Shown in pieces: positions 18,784 through 27,920 of a DNA stretch of 64,000 nucleotides. Below the pieces are notes generated by a model. The model worked only from the letters and a program-made list of their open reading frames with translations. It ran no database searches and was not told where the DNA came from. This DNA comes from an uncultured Actinomycetota bacterium (GTDB taxonomy: Bacteria > Actinomycetota > Actinomycetes > Propionibacteriales > Nocardioidaceae). Position 1 is the stretch's first letter. Each line of letters starts with the position of its first letter. The stretch is from the NCBI GenBank assembly GCA_963791365.1, contig CAWBSG010000008.1, forward strand, positions 149,950-213,949, given 5' to 3'. A program made the translations under genes and the position numbers.

Positions 18784-19592
18784 GCGTCACCTTCCCGGCC
18801 GCCGTGGGCGCCGTGCCACTGTCCGCGTGCGCGGAGCACGTCCCTGAGTATGTCCGTGCGATCGGTCATGATGCCGTCGACACCACGGTCGAGGAGGGTG
18901 TTCATCTCAATTGGGTCGTCGATGGTCCAGACGTGCACCTGCACGCCGACCGCGTGCGCACGGCGTACGAGACCGGGCGTGACGACCACCAGGCGGCCCC
19001 GCCGGTGCGGCACCTGGAGCGCGAGCGGACGGCCCCGCGTCAGCCACCGGGCCAGCCGGCCGCTGGGGGCGAGGACGAACGCGGCCACCTCGAGCGGGTG
19101 GGCGGACGTCGCGACCCGCCCCGCCGTACGCCGTCGGAACGCACCCATCCGGCGGCCCGAGAACGACCCGACGAGCACCCGGTGCCACGCCTCGCGCTCC
19201 TCGATGAAGTTCGCGAGCGCCTCCACGGAGCCCTCGGACTTGAGGTCGATGTTGAAGCGGGCGTCCGGGAACGCGTCGAACAGCTCGGCGAGCGTCGGCA
19301 CGGGCTCGCGCCCGGCGATCGAGGCCCGCTGCACCTCGGCGTACGTCGTGTCGGCGATGTTGCCCGTGCGGTCGGTCACCCGGTCGAGGACGGTGTCGTG
19401 GAAGGCCAGCAGGACGCCGTCGCTGGTGACGTGCACGTCGGTCTCGAGGTAGGTGAAGCCCAGCTCGATCGCGTGGGCGAACGCGGCCAGCGTGTTCTCC
19501 AGGCCCTCGATCTCGGGGTGGTAGGCACCGCCGCGATGGGCGAATGCGAGCGGGAGGGGCGAGTCGAGGTAGGCCCGGGCGGGTGTCGTCAC
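18780..19592 (-). CDS. glycerophosphodiester phosphodiesterase family protein
   Basis: GDPD motifs AHRGG, ENTLAAF, YLETDVHVTSDGVLLAFHD. ATGA overlap with the downstream MFS gene. Confidence 0.85.
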   Translation of the reverse strand: MTTPARAYLDSPLPLAFAHRGGAYHPEIEGLENTLAAFAHAIELGFTYLETDVHVTSDGVLLAFHDTVLDRVTDRTGNIADTTYAEVQRASIAGREPVPTLAELFDAFPDARFNIDLKSEGSVEALANFIEEREAWHRVLVGSFSGRRMGAFRRRTAGRVATSAHPLEVAAFVLAPSGRLARWLTRGRPLALQVPHRRGRLVVVTPGLVRRAHAVGVQVHVWTIDDPIEMNTLLDRGVDGIMTDRTDILRDVLRARGQWHGAHGGREGDA

Positions 19593-19627
19593 CCCCGAAG
19601 TATGGGACGCGGGAGTACCTTCGGGGC

Positions 19628-19888
19628 ATGGAGAGCATGTCGTGTCCGCGCTGCGGTGCAGAGATGGACGAGCGCAACCTCGGTGAGGCCACCGTCAACC
19701 AGTGCCCGGAGGGTCACGGCGTCTTCCTCTCGCGCGCCGACCTCGGCGTGCTGATCGAGGCCGAGACCGACTGGCACCGCAATGCGGGCCAGCACACCGC
19801 ACCGATGCCGCGGATCACCGCCGACATGACGGCTCCGCCGTCGGCGGGCAAGGTCTCGCGCGCCTGGGTGGAGACCCTGTTCAGCTGA
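19628..19888 (+). CDS. TFIIB-type zinc-ribbon small protein
   Basis: CPRCG...CPEGHGVFLSRADL pattern. ATG 19628 is codon 29 of track ORF 19544..19888. Confidence 0.7.
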   Translation: MESMSCPRCGAEMDERNLGEATVNQCPEGHGVFLSRADLGVLIEAETDWHRNAGQHTAPMPRITADMTAPPSAGKVSRAWVETLFS

Positions 19889-19891
19889 GGC

Positions 19892-21415
19892 TCAGATGTC
19901 CCGGAACGTCTCGATGTTGGCGCCGAGCTCGTTGAGGCGCTCCGCGAGGTCCTCGTAGCCGCGGTGGATGACGTACGTCGACCGCAGCACGCTGCGGCCC
20001 TTCGAGGCGAGCATCGCGATGAGCAGCACCACGGCCGGGCGCAGCGCGGGCGGGCAGACGATCTCCGCGCCGGAGAAGTGCGTCGGCCCCTCGACCAGCA
20101 CGCGGTGCGGGTCGAGCAGCTTGACCGAGGCGCCGAGCTTGTTGAGCTCGGTGAAGTAGATCGCGCGGTTCTCGTAGACCCAGTCGTGGAGCATCGTCTG
20201 GCCCTCGGCGACCGCGGCGATGACCGCGAAGAACGGCAGGTTGTCGATGTTGAGGCCGGGGAACGGCATCGGGTGGATCTTGTCCAGCGGCGCGCGCAGC
20301 TCGGAGGGGTGCGTGGTGAGGTCGACCAGCCGGGTCTCGCCGTTGCGGGCGGCGTACTCCTCCGACCTGTCGTAGCGGAAGCCCATCTCCTCGAGGATGG
20401 CCAGCTCGAGCTCGAGGAACTCGATCGGCACCCGGCGGATCGTGATGGACGACTTGGTGACGATGGCGGCGGCGAGCAGCGACATCGCCTCGATCGGGTC
20501 CTCGGACGGTGCGTAGTCGACGTCGACGTCGATCGACGACGTCCCGGTGACCGTGAGGGTGGTGGTGCCGATGCCCTCGACACCCACACCGAGCTTCTGG
20601 AGGTAGAAGCAGAGGTCCTGGACCATGTAGTTGGACGAGGCGTTGCGGATGACCGTGGTGCCGGGGTGCAGCGCGGCAGCCATCAGCGCGTTCTCGGTGA
20701 CCGAGTCGCCGCGCTCGGTGAGCACGATCGGGCGCTCCGGCTCGATGGTCCGGTTCACGAGCGCGTGGTAGGCGCCGTCGGTGGCCTTGACCTCGAGCCC
20801 GAAGGGGCGCAGTGCGGTCATGTGCGGCTCGACCGTGCGGGTGCCGAGGTTGCAGCCGCCCGCGTAGGGCAGCTCGAACTCGTCGACCCGGTGCAGCAGG
20901 GGGCCGAGGAACATGATCACCGAGCGCGTACGGCGAGCGGCGCCCTCGTCGATCTGCGACAGGTCGAGCTCGGCCGGCGGGATGATCTCGAGGTCGTTCT
21001 CGTCGCCCACCCAGCGGGTCGCGACACCGAGGGAGTTCAGCACCTCGAGCAGCCGGTTGACCTCCTCGATGCGGGCCACCTTGCGCAGCGTCGTACGACC
21101 CTTGTTGAGCAGCGACGCGCACAGGAGGGCGACACCGGCGTTCTTCGAGGTCTTCACGTCGATGGAGCCGGACAGCGTGGTGGGGCCGTCGACGCGCAGG
21201 TGGGTCGGGCCGGCGCCCAGTGCGACGATCTCGGAGTCGAGCGCAGCGCCGATGCGGGCGAGCATCTCGAGGGAGAGGTTCTGGTGGCCCTTCTCGATGC
21301 GGTTGATCGCACTCTGGCTGGTGCCGAGCAGCTCCGCGAGCTGGTGCTGGGTGAGACCGCGGTGCTTGCGCGCGTCGCGGATCAGGTTCCCGATTCGACC
21401 CTTGTAGTCAGCCAT
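19892..21415 (-). CDS. XRE-family HTH domain fused to a MurA-like enolpyruvyl transferase (EPSP-synthase fold)
   Basis: N-terminal Cro/C1 HTH (LTQHQLAELLGTSQSAINRIEKG) followed by a full-length MurA-like region (KTSKNAG, YAGGCNLGTRTVEPH, ENRAIYFTEL, IHRGYEDLAERLNELGANI). ATG 21415; an alternative GTG lies at 21424. Confidence 0.85.
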   Translation of the reverse strand: MADYKGRIGNLIRDARKHRGLTQHQLAELLGTSQSAINRIEKGHQNLSLEMLARIGAALDSEIVALGAGPTHLRVDGPTTLSGSIDVKTSKNAGVALLCASLLNKGRTTLRKVARIEEVNRLLEVLNSLGVATRWVGDENDLEIIPPAELDLSQIDEGAARRTRSVIMFLGPLLHRVDEFELPYAGGCNLGTRTVEPHMTALRPFGLEVKATDGAYHALVNRTIEPERPIVLTERGDSVTENALMAAALHPGTTVIRNASSNYMVQDLCFYLQKLGVGVEGIGTTTLTVTGTSSIDVDVDYAPSEDPIEAMSLLAAAIVTKSSITIRRVPIEFLELELAILEEMGFRYDRSEEYAARNGETRLVDLTTHPSELRAPLDKIHPMPFPGLNIDNLPFFAVIAAVAEGQTMLHDWVYENRAIYFTELNKLGASVKLLDPHRVLVEGPTHFSGAEIVCPPALRPAVVLLIAMLASKGRSVLRSTYVIHRGYEDLAERLNELGANIETFRDI

Positions 21416-21426
21416 GCCGACCACGG

Positions 21427-21444
21427 TATCTCAAATATGAGATA
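21427..21444. promoter_or_regulatory. AT-rich near-palindrome TATCTCAAATATGAGATA (candidate operator of the HTH-MurA gene)
   Basis: The 18 bp are only about 22% GC in high-GC DNA, with 8 of 9 positions palindromic. Lies 3-12 nt upstream of the candidate start codons. Confidence 0.4.
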
Positions 21445-21474
21445 AAGCCATCCGCGTCGTCGCGGTGGCTCGCG

Positions 21475-22932
21475 TCACCCTCGGGAGCCTCGCGCGACCC
21501 GCACCACGACCCGGTCGCGGACCCTCGGCGCGATGCGGTCACGGTAGGTCACCACGAGCCTGGTGCGGCCCGGGTCGAGGCCGCGGAGGCGCAGTCGGAG
21601 GTGGCCGTCGGCCGAGGCGCGCAGGCGCCTGGCCTTCAGGACCGTGCGGTGGTGCGCACGGCGTACGACGACGCGTCCGGCGGGTGCCGTGCCGTCCGAG
21701 CGGCGCACCGTGACGCGGAGCACCACCGGCCGGTCGCGTGCGACCGGGCGGCGCGGCGCGCGCACCCGGAGCGTCGCTGTCGGGGCTCCGGTGGTGGTGG
21801 TCGTGGTCGTCGACGGGGGAGTGCCCGACCCCGCGCCGTAGGTGCCGCCCGCGAGGAGGAGCTCGGAGTAGGCGATCTGGCCGAGGTCGTTGGGGTGGTA
21901 CCAGATGTTGGTGTCGGGCCCGCTGAAGGCCTGGTTGATCCAGGTCTGCGGGTTGGTCGTCAGGGCGTCGGGCTCGTGTCCGGAGAACTTCGCGGTGACC
22001 CCGCCGACGAAGCTCATCTGGCCGGGGTGTCCGACGTTGGCCGCGGCGGGGATCGTCGCGAGCTCGGCGGTGGCGTCGGTGATGAGGCTGCGCACCGCGT
22101 CACCGGCGGGATAGGGGGTCAGCGACGGCGGGTCGGGGAGGCTGAACCCGTTGTCGACCTGGAGCCACGGATAGCCGAGCTGCACGATCCTGGCGTCCTC
22201 GCGCAGGCCGTGCGCCCGGAGCGCGGCGACGTCGTCGAGCAGCCCCTGCCTGATGGTCGGGATCAGGGCACGTGCGGTGTCGACGGCGGACCGGCAGTCC
22301 GCGGCGGAACGGACCACGAAGCAGCCCTGGACGATCGCGCTGAACCCGGCGTCGTTGCCGCCCATGGTGAAGACGACGAGGTCGGTGTCGGCGGACACGA
22401 AGTCGGCCTGGGGGCGCAGGGTGCGCGTGCAGTCGTAGGTGATCGTCCCGCCCGACACCGACGTCGTGCGGTAGGTCCAGAACTCCTCGGCCGGGAAGGC
22501 CTGCGTGTTGCAGGGGTCGGCGCTGCGGAGGTGGGCGTCGGCCTGCTCCGTGGTGGTCACGCCGACCGGTGCCGGGGCGGTCCGACCCGACTGGGTGTCC
22601 ATCGGTCGGGGCGTGTGCACGTCGGGAGTACGACCGCCGCTGCAGGCGTGGTTCGCCACCGACACGGTGAGGCCCTGGCCACGCAGCCCCGCGGCGTACC
22701 TCTCGCTCCAGTTCGTGGTGTTGCGGTAGCACCCGGACGGCCCGTACGTCGTCCCGGTGGCGCCGTTGCCGGCGGAGTAGGAGTCGCCGACCACCAGCAC
22801 GTCGACGGCCTGGCCGGCCGCGGCGGGTGCCGCCTGGGTCGGCGGCACGGACGCTGCGGCGAGGACGAGCACGAGCGGGGCGAGGAGACGGATCACATCG
22901 ACAGTCAACGACGGCCGGAGGTCGTAGGTCAC
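21475..22932 (-). CDS. secreted SGNH/GDSL hydrolase with C-terminal Ig-like domain
   Basis: Signal peptide, block I GDSYSAGNG, block III TMGGNDAG, then a poly-Thr linker and a beta-rich C-terminal domain. Confidence 0.8.
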   Translation of the reverse strand: MTYDLRPSLTVDVIRLLAPLVLVLAAASVPPTQAAPAAAGQAVDVLVVGDSYSAGNGATGTTYGPSGCYRNTTNWSERYAAGLRGQGLTVSVANHACSGGRTPDVHTPRPMDTQSGRTAPAPVGVTTTEQADAHLRSADPCNTQAFPAEEFWTYRTTSVSGGTITYDCTRTLRPQADFVSADTDLVVFTMGGNDAGFSAIVQGCFVVRSAADCRSAVDTARALIPTIRQGLLDDVAALRAHGLREDARIVQLGYPWLQVDNGFSLPDPPSLTPYPAGDAVRSLITDATAELATIPAAANVGHPGQMSFVGGVTAKFSGHEPDALTTNPQTWINQAFSGPDTNIWYHPNDLGQIAYSELLLAGGTYGAGSGTPPSTTTTTTTGAPTATLRVRAPRRPVARDRPVVLRVTVRRSDGTAPAGRVVVRRAHHRTVLKARRLRASADGHLRLRLRGLDPGRTRLVVTYRDRIAPRVRDRVVVRVARGSRG

Positions 22933-22985
22933 GGCCCCTCAGGGGTGGGTTCGTCGCTCAGCGGGGGCGTGGCAGGATCGCGAAC

Positions 22986-24002
22986 ATGCGAGCAACGACG
23001 ATCCACGCGCCCGGCGACATCCGCTTCGAGGAGGTCCCCGACCCGGTGATCGAGGAGCCGACCGACGCGATCGTGAAGGTCGTCGCGGGCTGCATCTGCG
23101 GCTCCGACCTCTGGCCCTACCGCGGCGCCAACGACATCGACGCCGGCTCGACGATCGGCCACGAGTGCGTCGGCGTCGTCGAGGAGGTCGGCAGCGAGGT
23201 GCGGGGCTTCCGGCCCGGCGACTTCGTGATCGTGCCGTTCTGCCACTGTGACAACACCTGCGTCCACTGCGCCGCCGGCGTCCAGTCCGTGTGCGACAAC
23301 CTCGGCTTCACCGCGAGCGGGCAGGGGGAGTACGCCCGTGTCACGCAGGCCGACGGCAGCCTGGTGAAGACCGACGGGATGCCCGACGCCTCGCTCATCC
23401 CGTCGCTGCTGACGCTGTCGGACGTGATGGCGACCGGGTGGCACGCAGCGATCGCTGCAGGGGTGCAGGAGGGTGGCACCGCCGTCGTCATCGGCGACGG
23501 CGCGGTCGGCCTGTGCGGCGTGCTGGCCGCCTCGCAGCTCGGCGCCGAGCGGATCATCGCGATGTCGCGGCACGAGCCGCGCCAGGCCATCGCACGCGCC
23601 TTCGGCGCGACCGACATCGTGGCGGAGCGCGGCAAGGAGGGTGGTGCCCGCATCGCCGAGCTGACCCGCGGGGTGGGCGCCGACGCCACCCTCGAGTGCG
23701 TCGGGACCGACGAGGCGATGAAGACCGCCTTCGCGGTCGCCCGGCCGGGCTCCACCGTCGGCTTCGTCGGCGTACCGCACGGGGTCGAGCTGCCCGTGCG
23801 CCGGATGTTCCAGAAGAACGTCGGCCTCGCCGGCGGCATGGCACCCGTGCGCCGCTACCTCCCCGACCTGCTCGATCGCGTGCTGTCCGGCGCGATCGAC
23901 CCCGGCAAGGTCTTCGACCTCACCCTGCCGATGTCGGAGTCCCCGGAGGGCTACCGCGCCATGGACGAGCGCCGCGCGATCAAGGTGCTCCTCCAGCCGT
24001 GA
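22986..24002 (+). CDS. zinc-dependent alcohol dehydrogenase family oxidoreductase
   Basis: CGSDL, GHECVG, structural-Zn cluster CHCDNTCVHCAAG, and Rossmann VIGDGAVGL. ATG 22986 is codon 54 of the track ORF. Confidence 0.9.
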   Translation: MRATTIHAPGDIRFEEVPDPVIEEPTDAIVKVVAGCICGSDLWPYRGANDIDAGSTIGHECVGVVEEVGSEVRGFRPGDFVIVPFCHCDNTCVHCAAGVQSVCDNLGFTASGQGEYARVTQADGSLVKTDGMPDASLIPSLLTLSDVMATGWHAAIAAGVQEGGTAVVIGDGAVGLCGVLAASQLGAERIIAMSRHEPRQAIARAFGATDIVAERGKEGGARIAELTRGVGADATLECVGTDEAMKTAFAVARPGSTVGFVGVPHGVELPVRRMFQKNVGLAGGMAPVRRYLPDLLDRVLSGAIDPGKVFDLTLPMSESPEGYRAMDERRAIKVLLQP

Positions 24003-25789
24003 GCACCACCGACGACCTCCTGGTCCTGGGGCCGCTGCTGCGCTACGTCGACGACACGTCCGCCGCCGTCTGGGTCGAGACCCGCGACCACGCCACCGTC
24101 ACGGTCACGCGCGGCGCCGGCACGTGGAGCGCGCCGACCTTCGCCGTCCACGGCCACCACTACGCACTGGTCGAGCTCGACGGCCTCGAGCCCGGCACCA
24201 CCGAGACCTACTCGGTCGGCATCGGCGGCCACACGGTGTGGCCGCAGGTCGCCTCGCCGTTCCCGGCACCGGTGATCGCGACGCTGGAGCCGGGTCGCCC
24301 GCTGCGGATGGCCTTCGGGTCGTGCCGCACCTCGGTGTCGCACGACGAGTCGGGCAACGACACGCACGGCGTGGACGCGATGCGGGCGTGGGCGCTCCAG
24401 CTGGCCGGTCAGGTCGAGGCGGTCGACGCGGACGACGATGACCTCGACCCCAGCCGGGTGCCCGACCTGGTCCTCTTCCTCGGCGACCAGGTCTACGCCG
24501 ACGAGACCACCGAGGCGATGCAGGCCTTCATCGAGTCGCGCCGCGACATCGAGCAGCCGCCGTGGAAGGAGCTCCAGGACTACCAGGAGTACGCCCACCT
24601 CTACGCGCTCGCCTGGTCCGACCCCGCCAACCGGTGGCTGCTCTCGACCGTGCCGAGCGCGATGATCTTCGACGACCACGACATCCGTGACGACTGGAAC
24701 ACCTCACAGGAGTGGCGCCGCGAGATGGAGGCGACCTCGTGGTGGCACGGACGCATCGTCGCCGGGCTCGGGTCGTACTGGGTCTACCAGCACCTCGGCA
24801 ACCTGTCGCCGGCCGAGCGGGCCGAGGACGAGATCTACGCGCAGGTGCTCGCCCACGCAGGTGACGAGGAGTACGACCTGGGCGAGGTGATCGACGCGTT
24901 CGCCGATCGGGTCGACCAGCAACCGACGACGTACCGCTGGAGCTACACCCGCGACTTCGACACCCAGGCGCGACTGGTCGTCGTCGACTCGCGGGCCGCG
25001 CGCGAGCTCGATCCCGACGCGCGGGCGCTCCTCGATCCTGACGAGGCGGGCTGGTTCGACGAGCAGCTGCGCGGCGGCGTCGACCACCTGCTCATCGGCA
25101 CGTCGATCCCGTTCCTCCTGGCGCGCGGACTGCACCACCTCGAGGCGTTCAGCGAGGCCCTCGCCGACGGCGCCTGGGGCGAGCGCGGCGGTCGGCTGGG
25201 CGAGAAGCTGCGCCAGAGGGTCGACCTCGAGCACTGGGGCGCCTTCCAGAAGAGCTTCCAGGAGGTCGCGCACCAGGTGATGGAGGTGGCCGCGGGTGAG
25301 CGGGGGCCCGCGCCATCGACGGTCACCTTCCTGTCCGGCGACGTGCACCACAGCTATGTCAGCGAGGCGCGGGCCAACCGGCACGCGCGCCGCGACCTCC
25401 ACGCCGGGCCGCTGAGGTCGACGATCCTCCAGGCGGTGTGCTCACCGATCCGCAACCCGCTGTCGCGCAACATGCGCTTCGCGACGGCCCTGCTGTCGTA
25501 CGGCGTCGCCGGGCCGGTCGGCCGACTCGCATCGAGGTCGACCCGGGTGCCCGACGCGCCGCTCACCTGGCACTACGCCGAGGGTCCGTGGTTCGACAAC
25601 AACCTCGCGTGCCTGCAGCTCGACGGACCGGGCCTGCGCATGTGGTGGGTCACCGGCGAGGTGCACGATGGCGACCACGAGAAGCCGCGCCTCGCCAAGG
25701 TCGCGCACTACGCGCTCGACGAGTCCGGCAACCCGCCGCCGAAGGAGTCGGTCGCGGCGAAGGTGACGCGGAGGTTCAGACGGAGCTGA
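23999..25789 (+). CDS. PhoD-like metallophosphatase family protein
   Basis: LFLGDQVYADE and IFDDHDIRDDWN motifs, with an N-terminal beta domain. GTGA overlap with the ADH stop. Confidence 0.75.
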   Translation: MSTTDDLLVLGPLLRYVDDTSAAVWVETRDHATVTVTRGAGTWSAPTFAVHGHHYALVELDGLEPGTTETYSVGIGGHTVWPQVASPFPAPVIATLEPGRPLRMAFGSCRTSVSHDESGNDTHGVDAMRAWALQLAGQVEAVDADDDDLDPSRVPDLVLFLGDQVYADETTEAMQAFIESRRDIEQPPWKELQDYQEYAHLYALAWSDPANRWLLSTVPSAMIFDDHDIRDDWNTSQEWRREMEATSWWHGRIVAGLGSYWVYQHLGNLSPAERAEDEIYAQVLAHAGDEEYDLGEVIDAFADRVDQQPTTYRWSYTRDFDTQARLVVVDSRAARELDPDARALLDPDEAGWFDEQLRGGVDHLLIGTSIPFLLARGLHHLEAFSEALADGAWGERGGRLGEKLRQRVDLEHWGAFQKSFQEVAHQVMEVAAGERGPAPSTVTFLSGDVHHSYVSEARANRHARRDLHAGPLRSTILQAVCSPIRNPLSRNMRFATALLSYGVAGPVGRLASRSTRVPDAPLTWHYAEGPWFDNNLACLQLDGPGLRMWWVTGEVHDGDHEKPRLAKVAHYALDESGNPPPKESVAAKVTRRFRRS

Positions 25790-25928
25790 GCATCCGGTCG
25801 TGCGCGCAGGCGCAGGTGTCGGAGCACGGCAGGTACGTGTGTCGCGCGTGCCCGCAGTCCGAGCACGGCAGGTCGTGCGACAGGTGCACCGAGCCCGGAC
25901 CGGTGTTGGTCTCGACGGTGTCCCACAT
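25776..25928 (-). CDS. small Cys/His-rich hypothetical protein (50 aa; below the ORF-track cutoff)
   Basis: My own translation: MWDTVETNTGPGSVHLSHDLPCSDCGHARHTYLPCSDTCACAHDRMLSSV. SD GGGGAG lies 6 nt upstream and GC3 is very high. Its 3' end overlaps the convergent phoD-like gene by 14 nt. Confidence 0.5.
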   Translation of the reverse strand: MWDTVETNTGPGSVHLSHDLPCSDCGHARHTYLPCSDTCACAHDRMLSSV

Positions 25929-26141
25929 GGTCGTGCTCCCCACTCATCTGTTCGTCCGGTGTCGACCGGAGGGGGCTCTTCGCCCCACTCTGCTGAGACG
26001 TCGACAGTGACACCGCATGACGGAAAACCCGGGCGGATTGACGAGATATGGCCGATTTCGTGGAGGAATGACCCGATCAGGTCACGCTTCCATGGTCCTT
26101 TCACCATCAACTGGTCTGGGCAGGCTCGTACGATCTCGGCC

Positions 26142-27281
26142 ATGGGATCGAGGGGGCGGTCGGTGGCGGCGTCGGGGACCGGGCACGAGCTCACGCGACA
26201 GGAGGCCCGGCGGGTCGCGGTGCTCGCCCAGCTCCTCAGCGCCGACCGGCCCACCGGCGCGCTCGACGTCGTACGACACCTGGGCTTCCTGCAGGTGGAC
26301 CTCACCCGCGTCGTCGCGGAGCACGCGGACCTCGCCCTGTGGACCCGGCTCGGCAGCGGCTTCGAGCCCGAGCACCTCGAGGAGCTGGTCGGTGACGGCG
26401 CGCTCGTCGAGCTGAAGGCGCACCTGCGTCCCAGCGAGGACGTCGCCCTCTTCGCCGCCGACATGGCGGTGTGGCCGGGCGAGCCCCCGCTGAAGGAGTG
26501 GCAGGAGGACGTGCGCGACTGGGTCGCGGCCAACGACGGCTGCCGTCGCGAGGTGCTGGCGCTGCTGCGCTCGGAGGGACCGACCGCCGCGCGCGACATC
26601 CCGGACAGCTGCGAGGTGCCGTGGCGCTCGACCGGGTGGACCAACGACAAGAACGTGATGAAGCTGCTGGAGTGCATGGAGGCCCGCGGCGAGGTCGCGG
26701 TGGCCTCGCGCGAGGGCCGCGAGCGACGATGGGACCTGGCCGAGCGGATCCACCCGGGCGACGCTCCGGTGCCGATCGCGGACGCGCACCTCGAGCTCGC
26801 GCGACGACGGCTGCGCGCCCTCGGCCTCGCCCGGCCGCGTGCCCTCGAGGCGTGGGAGGAGAAGCACGATGTCCGTGGCGTCGGCGAGAGCGCCCGCATC
26901 GAGGGCGTGCGAGGGACGTGGCGGGTCGACCCGTCGGTGCTCGACCTGCTCGACTCGTTCGAGGGCCGCGCCGCGATCCTGTCGCCCCTCGACCGGCTGG
27001 TCTTCGACCGCAAGCGGATGGAGGACGTCTTCGACTTCGACTACCAGCTGGAGATGTACAAGCCGGTGGCCAAGCGGCGGTGGGGCTACTGGGCGATGCC
27101 GGTCCTCGACGGCGACGAGCTGGTCGGCAAGGTCGACGCCACGGCCGACCGGGAGGGCGGCGTGCTGGTCGTCGACGCGGTCCACGAGGACGGCGACTGG
27201 TCCGTCCGTCGGCGGCGGCGGGTCGACGCCGAGCTGGGCGCTCTGGGGGAGTGGCTCGGGCTCGAGGTCGTCAGGTCCTGA
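26142..27281 (+). CDS. winged-helix DNA glycosylase-like protein (YcaQ/AlkZ, HTH_42/DUF1006 family)
   Basis: LTRQEARRVAVLAQLL...VVRHLGFLQVD, KNVMKLLECMEARGEVAV and YWAMPVL are typical of the family. ATG 26142 is codon 115 of the track ORF. Confidence 0.8.
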   Translation: MGSRGRSVAASGTGHELTRQEARRVAVLAQLLSADRPTGALDVVRHLGFLQVDLTRVVAEHADLALWTRLGSGFEPEHLEELVGDGALVELKAHLRPSEDVALFAADMAVWPGEPPLKEWQEDVRDWVAANDGCRREVLALLRSEGPTAARDIPDSCEVPWRSTGWTNDKNVMKLLECMEARGEVAVASREGRERRWDLAERIHPGDAPVPIADAHLELARRRLRALGLARPRALEAWEEKHDVRGVGESARIEGVRGTWRVDPSVLDLLDSFEGRAAILSPLDRLVFDRKRMEDVFDFDYQLEMYKPVAKRRWGYWAMPVLDGDELVGKVDATADREGGVLVVDAVHEDGDWSVRRRRRVDAELGALGEWLGLEVVRS

Positions 27282-27900
27282 GCACGGCCAGCACGACCGT
27301 CTCGCCGCCGCTGTCGTCGGCGAGGGTCCCGCTGAGGTGCGCGCCCTCGCCCAACGGCGTGCCGACGACGCGCGCCAGCGCGAGGTCGACGTCGCCGGCC
27401 CGGACCGTGGTGACCGCGCCCTCGTCGGTCGTGCCGTCGATCGCCGTGACCGTGGGGCCGGATGCCTCGCTGCCGCTGCCGCGCACCTGCATCCGGGCGG
27501 GGACGTCCACCCGCACACCGTCGTCGTCCTCGAAGAACATCTGCGACTGCCGACCGCCCGTGACGATCGCCGAGGCCAGGGTGGACGCCCACACCGGGTC
27601 GCCGCAGCCGTCGTAGACCCAGCGCTCGCCGAGCGCGGAGTGCCGGGTGGTCGTGATCAGGTGCTCGTCGGCACCGGCGAGCGGCTCGGCGCGGTACGTC
27701 AGCGGGGTCTGCACGACGGCGCCGTCGTCCAGCCGCCAGAGGATCGTCTCGACGCCGACCTCGCCGGCGGGGTCGTCGAGGCGGTACTCCGCGACCTTCT
27801 CGGCGATCCGGCGGCCGGCGGCCCAGCTCCGGCTCGGCAGCCAGCCCTCGACGATCTCCTGCTTGGACGGCGTCAGCGTGGCCCGGTGGACGATTCCCAT
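27271..27900 (-). CDS. maltokinase N-terminal cap-like domain protein
   Basis: MGIVHRATLTPSKQEIVEGWLPSRSW...YRLDDPAGEVGVE...WVYDGCGDPVW matches my recollection of this conserved actinobacterial family. Confidence 0.6.
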   Translation of the reverse strand: MGIVHRATLTPSKQEIVEGWLPSRSWAAGRRIAEKVAEYRLDDPAGEVGVETILWRLDDGAVVQTPLTYRAEPLAGADEHLITTTRHSALGERWVYDGCGDPVWASTLASAIVTGGRQSQMFFEDDDGVRVDVPARMQVRGSGSEASGPTVTAIDGTTDEGAVTTVRAGDVDLALARVVGTPLGEGAHLSGTLADDSGGETVVLAVLRT

Positions 27901-27920
27901 GGCATGAGCCTAGGACGCGG

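Noticed and set aside
26017-26415. A 132-aa plus-strand ORF in the lower-GC region upstream of the YcaQ-like gene.
   Set aside because: It is out of frame with the well-supported YcaQ-like CDS and overlaps it. Its composition is Arg/Gly/Ser-rich and it has no SD.
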